This document shows, in pieces, positions 8,740 to 15,891 of a DNA stretch of 57,021 nt. The notes under the pieces were generated by a model. The model was not told the origin of the DNA. It did no database searches and saw only the letters and a list, made by a program, of their open reading frames with translations. This DNA is from Candidatus Saccharimonadota bacterium (lineage in GTDB: Bacteria > Patescibacteriota > Saccharimonadia > Saccharimonadales > JACDBH01). The DNA lies in NCBI GenBank assembly GCA_013694995.1, contig JACDBH010000007.1, forward strand, positions 1-57,021. Direction: 5' to 3'. Position numbers and translations under genes: made by a program. The number at the start of each line of letters is the position of its first letter. Within the stretch, counting starts at the first letter, position 1.

Positions 8740-10395
8740 CTAAAAGTGATCGCGGACGTGAGAGAACGAATAGTCCCAGGTAGCAGTAACTTTTTTGTGC
8801 GGATTAAAGATATTTTCCGGATCAAAGATATGTTTAAAATCCCGCAATATCTCTAGCATTTCTTTACCGTACATTTCTTCCAGCCATGGTCCACGGACCA
8901 TACCGTCATTGTGCTCGCCGCTTAGACTGCCGCCGTATTTGAGTACCAGTTTGTTGACCTCTTTCATACTAGGCTCTAGCTTGGCACGCTCTTTTTTTTC
9001 CTCGAGTTTCATAAGAGGGATTATATGAAAATTTCCATCACCCATATGTCCGGCAATAGTCGCTAAAAGCTTGTATTTATTAATGATTTTACGCAGTTCT
9101 GGTAAAAATTTAGGCAAGTGCTCAGGGTTAACGACTAAATCATCAATATAGGGTGCGGTGTGCTTGTCTTTGACTTTTTGACGCAACAGCTGGAAACTCT
9201 GCCGCCTCATAATCCAGAATTTACGTGACTTAAGTTCCGTCTCGTCCTCTTCAAATAAAGCCTGCTGATTATAAGGATTAAGGTCAATGCGCATGTCATG
9301 GACTTTTTTAGCGACTTCTTCAGGCGTCGCACCATTAAACTCAACCAACAGCACCATCTTGGGGATGCCGCGAAAAAGCATCAGTGCATTTGGCAGTAGT
9401 TGTAAGCCAAGCTTGATTGTATTCCACCAGCCTAATGTCTTATGAAAATAAAAGAATAACTTGAAGCTAAGCATTAGAGTGTAGTTGTCAAAACCCTCGA
9501 ATGTCGCCGGGTTGTGCTTCATAACCTGGTTTATGATTTTACCTAGATCATTAATTTTACGTAAAAATATAACCAGGGTACCAGAATGCTTAGACGCCGG
9601 TACTAGTCGAAATTTAGCTTCGGTAGTAAGGCCCAGGGTGCCTTGGGCACCGACAATGCCTTGGGTAAGGTCAAATATGCCGGTTTCACGGTCCCAGACA
9701 TTCCATAAGTGATAACCGGTGGAATCCTTGCTGACTTTCGGTTTTGCAGCCTTGATTCGCTCGTAATTTTTCTCAATCAACTGATAGCTACGGCGATATA
9801 TGTCGCCCTCGAAATTACGAAGTTTTATCTTAGCATCCAATTCTTTTTTACTTAAGGGCTTAACTGTATACTCGTTGCCGTCGGCAAAAACTACTTTCAA
9901 CTCGGTAACAAATTTCTCAGTCTTGCCATATTGCAAAGATTTTTCGCCACCCGAGTTGTTGTTGACCATACCGCCAATAGTACACAAATCACGACTGGCA
10001 GGGTAAGGCGGGAGCAAGGCTCCGTGTTTAAGGGTTTGTACCTCAAAGTCCCGATAATAAACGCCTGGCTGTACACGGGCGGTTGAAAAGTTAACTGAAT
10101 GGATTTTATTAAAATATCTTGTAAAGTCGGCAATTACAGAATCATTTATCGCCCCGCCAGACATATCTGTACCACCACTGCGGGCAGTTACACTCAAGTC
10201 TGGGTTATTAGCTTTTTCCTTGCTGACAGTTCGTATTAGGGCTTGTACGTCAGCGCTGGATTTAGGATAAACAATAATTTCCGGTCTAACTTCAAATAAT
10301 GAAGCGTCGTGGCTATACAGATCACGAGCTTTCGCTGAATCGTCAGTTTCGCCACTAAAGCCTGCAGCCCGCAGTTTCTCTATGAATTTTTCCAT
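8740..10395 (-). CDS. FAD-linked oxidoreductase of the GlcD/D-lactate dehydrogenase (VAO/PCMH) family
   Basis: RSGGTDMSG, PAS..CTIGGMVNNNSGG, GAQGTLG, GHMGDGNFH, SGEHNDG, FDPENIFNP; no Fe-S domain seen. Confidence 0.9.
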   Translation of the reverse strand: MEKFIEKLRAAGFSGETDDSAKARDLYSHDASLFEVRPEIIVYPKSSADVQALIRTVSKEKANNPDLSVTARSGGTDMSGGAINDSVIADFTRYFNKIHSVNFSTARVQPGVYYRDFEVQTLKHGALLPPYPASRDLCTIGGMVNNNSGGEKSLQYGKTEKFVTELKVVFADGNEYTVKPLSKKELDAKIKLRNFEGDIYRRSYQLIEKNYERIKAAKPKVSKDSTGYHLWNVWDRETGIFDLTQGIVGAQGTLGLTTEAKFRLVPASKHSGTLVIFLRKINDLGKIINQVMKHNPATFEGFDNYTLMLSFKLFFYFHKTLGWWNTIKLGLQLLPNALMLFRGIPKMVLLVEFNGATPEEVAKKVHDMRIDLNPYNQQALFEEDETELKSRKFWIMRRQSFQLLRQKVKDKHTAPYIDDLVVNPEHLPKFLPELRKIINKYKLLATIAGHMGDGNFHIIPLMKLEEKKERAKLEPSMKEVNKLVLKYGGSLSGEHNDGMVRGPWLEEMYGKEMLEILRDFKHIFDPENIFNPHKKVTATWDYSFSHVRDHF

Positions 10396-10510
10396 ATTGT
10401 GTTATCTAAAGCTTACCGATAAACCCGAACCCGCGCAAGACACTTATGTTTTTTAAGTCTTTATCTGTATAATATGTCATAAAGAAATAAACGTAACCAT
10501 AAAGAAATAC

Positions 10511-11707
10511 ATGCGAAAACAAGAAGTAGTAATCGTAGGCGGTGGTTTTGGCGGCGTCAAATCCGCGCTCGAGCTGGCAGGCCATTCCTCATTCCAAGTC
10601 ACCCTTATATCCGACAAACCTTTTTTCGAATACCACCCACTTCTTTACCATACAGCTACTGGCGGCAGCAAAGTAGTGTCTAGTATACCTTTAGGTGAAA
10701 TATTTTCAGAAAAACGTATTCAGATTCTTATTGATACGGCAACAAAATTAGACAGAACTAAGAAGTCTTTAACCCTAAAATCAGGCAAGAAATTAGATTA
10801 CGATATTCTAATATTAGGTCTCGGAAATATTACCAATTATTTTAATATCCCAGGTATGAGCGAATACTCGTACGGTATCAAATCGCTAAAAGATGCCGAG
10901 AAGTTAAAAGCCCATTTACACCAGCAACTAACCGATACCCTGAAACTGGACACCGACTATGTCATCGTTGGCGGCGGGCCTACAGGCGTGGAGTTAGCCG
11001 GTGCCTTACCGGATTACCTCAAATACCTTATGAAACAGCATGGAGTAAAGTCCCGCAAAATCCATATTGACTTAATTGAAGCCGCACCCAGACTTATGCC
11101 GCGCATGCCAGAGAGTGTTTCCCGTGTAATCTACAGACGTTTAATTAAACTGGGCATCAAGATATATCTGAATGAACCCGTACAAGCAGAGACAGCCAAT
11201 ACCCTAATGCTCGACGGCAAGCCAATCCGCACCCATACCGTTATTTGGACCGCTGGCATTGCTAATAACCCGTTTTTTGCTGAAAACCATTTCCAACTGT
11301 CACCAAATGGCAAAGTGCTAGTTGACAGACTGATGCAGGCTTGGCCAGGGATTTTTGTACTCGGTGATAATGCCGATACACCCTATACCGGCATGGCCCA
11401 GACCGCTTTATACGACGCATTATTTGTAACCGAAAATCTAAAACGACATGCTGATGGCAAACGCCCATATGCTTACAAACCCCGTAAACCAATATATATT
11501 ACTCCGGCAGGTAAACACTGGGCAGTGGTAGTTTGGGGCAAACTACATATCTATGGCTGGCTAGGATGGGCTCTACGCAAGGTTGCCGATTGGATAGGTT
11601 ATAAGGACTTAGAGCCTTGGTGGAAGGCTACCGACCGGCTATTTGCAGACAACCGGCGCGAGGATAATTGCCTCATCTGTGCCACTAATGTCGTTGCAAT
11701 AGACTAA
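10511..11707 (+). CDS. ndh: Type II NADH:quinone oxidoreductase (NDH-2)
   Basis: Two Rossmann motifs (VIVGGGFGG, IVGGGPTGVELAG), WTAG, GD, AQTA quinone-site motif, C-terminal amphipathic helix. Confidence 0.85.
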   Translation: MRKQEVVIVGGGFGGVKSALELAGHSSFQVTLISDKPFFEYHPLLYHTATGGSKVVSSIPLGEIFSEKRIQILIDTATKLDRTKKSLTLKSGKKLDYDILILGLGNITNYFNIPGMSEYSYGIKSLKDAEKLKAHLHQQLTDTLKLDTDYVIVGGGPTGVELAGALPDYLKYLMKQHGVKSRKIHIDLIEAAPRLMPRMPESVSRVIYRRLIKLGIKIYLNEPVQAETANTLMLDGKPIRTHTVIWTAGIANNPFFAENHFQLSPNGKVLVDRLMQAWPGIFVLGDNADTPYTGMAQTALYDALFVTENLKRHADGKRPYAYKPRKPIYITPAGKHWAVVVWGKLHIYGWLGWALRKVADWIGYKDLEPWWKATDRLFADNRREDNCLICATNVVAID

Positions 11708-11715
11708 TCATCTTC

Positions 11716-11751
11716 AATCTAAAAAGCCCTCACAATAGGGCTTTTTAGATT
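11716..11751. terminator. Bidirectional intrinsic terminator
   Basis: Perfect inverted repeat AATCTAAAAAGCCCT / AGGGCTTTTTAGATT between convergent genes. Confidence 0.85.
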
Positions 11752-11764
11752 TAGCTTTTTTATT

Positions 11765-12325
11765 TTAAGCTTCAATGTCTGTTTTCTTATCAATATCTGT
11801 GTGAACAGCTACTTTTTCGCCAGCACCAGTATACTTGCTTCGGGTTTCAAATAAGAGCCATAAGCCTACTGCGCTTCCTAAGAGACTAAAGAACAGGCTT
11901 CCAATACCGCCACGACCATCTATGAAGAGGCTTGCAACACCATAAACTACATTAATTAATGATGCTAAGAAAAGAAGATCCCAGCCGCTCTTTTCGCGTC
12001 GCTTGAGTTTAGGATAGGCAATTAATAGGATTACAGCGTCAAGAACAAGCATTGCCAGTGCTATCCATACCCAGAGATCCCACCTAGTAGAAACAACTTC
12101 TTCACCACCGAAGGTTCGCGATAAGCTATTTGCATAGTCTACGAAATCATTGGCTGTCTTAGCCCAGGAATATAGAGCCCAGGCAGCTAGCAGCTGCAAC
12201 AAGCCACCAATTAGAGCCAACCAAGGCCATACCTTAACTAATGTTTCCCGCGTACTATCAGATAACTTTGGCGCACCCTTAAACACATCGGCCAAGCCAT
12301 CCTCGGCCTGTTTTAATAATGCCAT
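11765..12325 (-). CDS. Hypothetical membrane protein (about 4 TM)
   Basis: Hydrophobic segments; AGGAGG RBS upstream. Confidence 0.8.
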   Translation of the reverse strand: MALLKQAEDGLADVFKGAPKLSDSTRETLVKVWPWLALIGGLLQLLAAWALYSWAKTANDFVDYANSLSRTFGGEEVVSTRWDLWVWIALAMLVLDAVILLIAYPKLKRREKSGWDLLFLASLINVVYGVASLFIDGRGGIGSLFFSLLGSAVGLWLLFETRSKYTGAGEKVAVHTDIDKKTDIEA

Positions 12326-12402
12326 ATGTACTTCCTCCTTTAATGATTACTCAAATCATAGCGCCAAAGCTTAGCAATTAGCAAGAGGTTATGCACAACA
12401 TA

Positions 12403-13428
12403 TTAAACAATAATCATTGCATCACCAAAGGAATAGAACCTGTATTTATTTGCTATCGCATGTGCGTAAATACTTTGTAGCTCAGTCACGGCCTGATTTT
12501 CTGTCATTTCTAGTTTGTCCGCAATAAATGACGCCGTCAGCATAAGCAGACTAGTGCTGGGAAGATGAAAGTTAGTAATAAGGCTGTTAATAACTTTAAA
12601 GCGATACCCCGGTTGTATAAAGATGTCAGTGTAGCTAGTCATGGGATTAAAGATGCCTTTGCTATCGGCAGCTGACTCCAATGTCCGTACCGTCGTAGTC
12701 CCGACAGCCGTTAAATGCCGAGCCTTGTTCAAAACTGCAGCTGTTTGTTCACTGATGCTGTAATACTCTTCATGCAACTTACCAATTTTAAACTGCTCTT
12801 TGGTTAGCTTGGCAAAGGTCCCAAGTCCTACATGCAAAGTTATCTCAGTAACATTATGGTTGGTGCTTATTCTGCTTAGTAATTTATTAGTAAAATGTAA
12901 GCCAGCCGTCGGCGCTGCCAGGCTTCCAACTGGTTTGGCATAAACAGTTTGGTAATCATTAGCTAAGCTTTTGTCCTGTTTAATGTAAGGAGGCAGTGGT
13001 ACGTGCTCGTAAATTTTTAACCTTGGGTCGTCATGGCCTACATTCATCCTTAAAGTCCTAACGCCGCCTTCATCAATGGCCAGCACGGAAGCTTGAAGCC
13101 ATGCCGTAAGTTTAACCCTACTATCGATACTAAACTTACGACCCGGCCGTACCATAGCCCGCACTGTATGGCTATCTGTTTTTTCTAATACGAAAATTTC
13201 TGTTTTCCCATCATCAAACAACCATCTGCAGTGCTCTACCTTGCTGTTATTGAGCACAAGGGTTGATTCTAATGGCAAGTACTTAGGTAACTCATGAAAA
13301 TATGTATCGGTTATAGAACAATCATTAAGACTGTAAACTAGCAACCTTGCATGGTCGCGCGGATGAGCAGGTTTTTGAGCGATCAGCGAATCAGGCAAAT
13401 CAAAATAATACTTTTTTAACTCTTCCAT
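12403..13428 (-). CDS. queA: S-adenosylmethionine:tRNA ribosyltransferase-isomerase
   Basis: LIAQKP, PLPPYI, YQTVYA, AAPTAGLHF, TLHVGLGTF, AVGTT, TNFHLPST, YRFYSFGDAM. Confidence 0.97.
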   Translation of the reverse strand: MEELKKYYFDLPDSLIAQKPAHPRDHARLLVYSLNDCSITDTYFHELPKYLPLESTLVLNNSKVEHCRWLFDDGKTEIFVLEKTDSHTVRAMVRPGRKFSIDSRVKLTAWLQASVLAIDEGGVRTLRMNVGHDDPRLKIYEHVPLPPYIKQDKSLANDYQTVYAKPVGSLAAPTAGLHFTNKLLSRISTNHNVTEITLHVGLGTFAKLTKEQFKIGKLHEEYYSISEQTAAVLNKARHLTAVGTTTVRTLESAADSKGIFNPMTSYTDIFIQPGYRFKVINSLITNFHLPSTSLLMLTASFIADKLEMTENQAVTELQSIYAHAIANKYRFYSFGDAMIIV

Positions 13429-13446
13429 TAAACAATGTTAGCAATA

Positions 13447-14199
13447 TTATTTCAGATAGTAACTAACTGTAACGCTGTAACTTATTTCATTCTCGCCAGG
13501 CTGGACACTCAGGCTTGATTCTGTCTTACTTCTTTCATCTGATAACGTAACAGAGTCATATGGCGTAATGCCCCCGAATCCAGCGCCATCTTCAACTGAT
13601 TGAACTTTGCCTAAATTTGCGCCCAGATTACGAGCCGACTGTTCTGCCTTTGCCCGGGCGTCTTTAGTAGCCTCGTCACGGGCTTGGGATTCTAATTCTT
13701 TACGCTTTTCGGTACTGAAGGAAGGCTGAGGTGAAATCGTACCACTTGGGTCAGTTGTAATAAGATAATTCTGAATTTTCTGAGCCATTTCTTGGTCGCT
13801 AACAGTTACTGTCAGTTGTAAAGTGAACGTTGTGGTTCCATCGTCGGATTTTTCAGGGTAATAATACTTATTATCGTAATTACTGGAGTTGGTCTTTATA
13901 TCTTTATCTTCAACCCCTAATTCTTTAAGTTTTGCTACTAGTTCATCGCTCTTTTTACTCAAAGCAGCGATTCCAGCTTGGCTGTCAGTGTTTTTTAGCT
14001 CATACATTGGGTAAAATACAAATTCGTCAGGGGTGGTTTTGACGACAGCCTCACCGGTGACTTTTACTGTTCGGTCATTACTTGTAGCACCTGCCCACGG
14101 CCGCCATACGGCCAGCATGCCAATTACTACGGCTGCCAGGATCAAACTAATAATACGAAAATCCAGGTTGAGCGTTAATTTGCTATTGTTTTCTGCCAT
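13447..14199 (-). CDS. SIMPL (DUF541) domain protein with N-terminal TM anchor
   Basis: VTGEA..PD, A.DARAKAE.A..LG..LG, PGE..I..SV.V.Y pattern. Confidence 0.85.
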   Translation of the reverse strand: MAENNSKLTLNLDFRIISLILAAVVIGMLAVWRPWAGATSNDRTVKVTGEAVVKTTPDEFVFYPMYELKNTDSQAGIAALSKKSDELVAKLKELGVEDKDIKTNSSNYDNKYYYPEKSDDGTTTFTLQLTVTVSDQEMAQKIQNYLITTDPSGTISPQPSFSTEKRKELESQARDEATKDARAKAEQSARNLGANLGKVQSVEDGAGFGGITPYDSVTLSDERSKTESSLSVQPGENEISYSVTVSYYLK

Positions 14200-14291
14200 T
14201 TATTTAAGCTCCGTTTATGCTTTTTAGTGTGCTCCAGCTATTAAAAAATGTCAAAATATGTAGTTTTATAAGCTAGTAAATATAAAACTAC

Positions 14292-14320
14292 TTGACAAAT
14301 TCATAAAAGCGTGCTACAAT
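14292..14320 (+). promoter_or_regulatory. Near-consensus sigma70 promoter with extended -10
   Basis: TTGACA (14292-14297), 17-bp spacer, TG-C-TACAAT (14312-14320). Confidence 0.8.
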
Positions 14321-14326
14321 GTAATT

Positions 14327-14606
14327 ACAAACGTATTCTCTTAAATAAAAGTGAAAACTAAACAGTTTAATAACTTATTATCCCTTGCTTAACGCAAGCG
14401 TTCGAATGCTTATTATAGTGACACAGTTTAGTCCGAGTAACGAAACGTAAACCGATATTATTAAGAAAGTAATGTTTGCAACAACATACTAAAGTGCGCG
14501 GGTATGACCGACTCAATTAGTTTGGTCCTAATCAAACTTAGTTCTTTACGCGCACTACAATGATTAGCAATGGGAAAACTTCCGTGCTAATTGAATTTAT
14601 GCACTT
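14327..14606 (+). ncRNA. Candidate structured non-coding RNA of unknown family; contains a 13-aa sORF at 14351-14392
   Basis: Lies downstream of the consensus promoter with no plus-strand gene after it. Several stems, with G-U pairs favouring the plus strand: AGTGCGCG/CGCGCACT (14493-14500/14549-14556), ATTAGCA/TGCTAAT (14563-14569/14585-14591), CTTGC/GCAAG. Ends are approximate. Confidence 0.5.
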
Positions 14607-14615
14607 ATAAGATTA

Positions 14616-15221
14616 TTATGCCTGCTCCAAAGGAAAATGGTGTATTAAAGTTTCTGTTGATATAGTACTGAGCACGGTTTTTCCAAAATCCAAGGCATAA
14701 AGCATATCATTGACGTCTACATTTAATATTACGTCGTCACGCCGGCGCCTATATATATCCGCCATTGCCGGGGCGAAATACCTAAAGTCCGTATCATTTA
14801 CTACGAAAAACATTAAGGGCTTAGCAATTTTGTTATTTTGTATGCCCTCACGGTCCCTGAGTTCGGCATTGACGCGAAGTTTTGCTTCATCGGTATACGG
14901 CAGACAAAAATGCTTCACCAGTGTGCTCGATGTCCCGTTCTCACTGTCTGGCAATACTTCGTTAGTGACTATATGGATGTCGGGCCGATCATAATTATTT
15001 TTCACTGTTCTTTTAAAGAAATTAATCATCAAAACGTCGGTCCTAGACCCTTCGGGTTTAATAGACGAGGCAGGAAGGTAGTTTCGTAGACGATGCACGC
15101 ACACACCTGAACCATTTTTCGATAGTCCCAGCGATCCCATCACATATACGACATCCTGCCTGAAACGGGTGGCCTCTTCAAAATAATTAGCTGTGGAATT
15201 ATTTTTATCTGCGAGTGACAT
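14616..15221 (-). CDS. Hypothetical protein
   Basis: 201-aa ORF with ATG start; no recognisable motif. Confidence 0.7.
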   Translation of the reverse strand: MSLADKNNSTANYFEEATRFRQDVVYVMGSLGLSKNGSGVCVHRLRNYLPASSIKPEGSRTDVLMINFFKRTVKNNYDRPDIHIVTNEVLPDSENGTSSTLVKHFCLPYTDEAKLRVNAELRDREGIQNNKIAKPLMFFVVNDTDFRYFAPAMADIYRRRRDDVILNVDVNDMLYALDFGKTVLSTISTETLIHHFPLEQA

Positions 15222-15319
15222 AGTAATTACTTTTATTATGCTTTGGTTATATTTATACCCTTTGTTGTCAATAATGCAAAACTTTTGTTCATATACTACT
15301 CAAGGTTATAGTTAGTTGA

Positions 15320-15817
15320 ATGGCAAATTACAAAGGGCATGTGGTTGGCGGGGCAGCAGCAGGGGCAATTTATGCTCTAGCCTTGGCTTATGTTCCGGTG
15401 GAGCGCTTTGCAGAAGCCGCAGGAGTTTTGTATGACGCCCAGGCTCTAGCGGCAATTATCATCATTGCGATTTTATTCGGGCTATTCCCGGATGTAGACA
15501 CCAACAGCAAGGCCCAGGATTTATTTTTTGGTATTATTTTCCCACTCGATATATTACTTCTCTGGAACGGGCAAATTGAGGCCGCAGCATACTTAGGGCT
15601 TATTGCGATGCTGCCGATTATAGGCCACCACCGCGGCTGGACGCATAAAAAGTGGGCTATGCTAATAATTCCTTTGCCGATACTACTTATCCCGTATCTT
15701 TATAACGATAAAATACTTCCAATCTCTACAGTTTATTATGGTGCCGCGGTTGCCGGCTATTTCAGCCATTTACTGTTTGATGGGTTAGTCTGGCGCAAAT
15801 TTCGGATTAAGAATTAG
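15320..15817 (+). CDS. Membrane metal-dependent hydrolase (YdjM-like)
   Basis: N-terminal GH, PDVD, HRGWTH, SHLLFD motifs. Confidence 0.85.
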   Translation: MANYKGHVVGGAAAGAIYALALAYVPVERFAEAAGVLYDAQALAAIIIIAILFGLFPDVDTNSKAQDLFFGIIFPLDILLLWNGQIEAAAYLGLIAMLPIIGHHRGWTHKKWAMLIIPLPILLIPYLYNDKILPISTVYYGAAVAGYFSHLLFDGLVWRKFRIKN

Positions 15818-15891
15818 CTTGCATACTTAAATGTTCTGACGTATTATTGCGTGTTCGCAATAGGACGGACAGACAGGTAAGATATTAGGTA

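Noticed and set aside
14395-14412. GTTCGAAT resembling a tRNA T-loop
   Set aside because: The flanking stem is out of register and there is no acceptor stem or CCA, so it is not a tRNA or a canonical tmRNA end
14425-14455. CGAAAC suggesting a hammerhead ribozyme
   Set aside because: No CUGANGA core found
15830-15860. Two GTTC motifs in the helicase promoter as a possible LexA box
   Set aside because: The spacing fits no LexA box geometry I know
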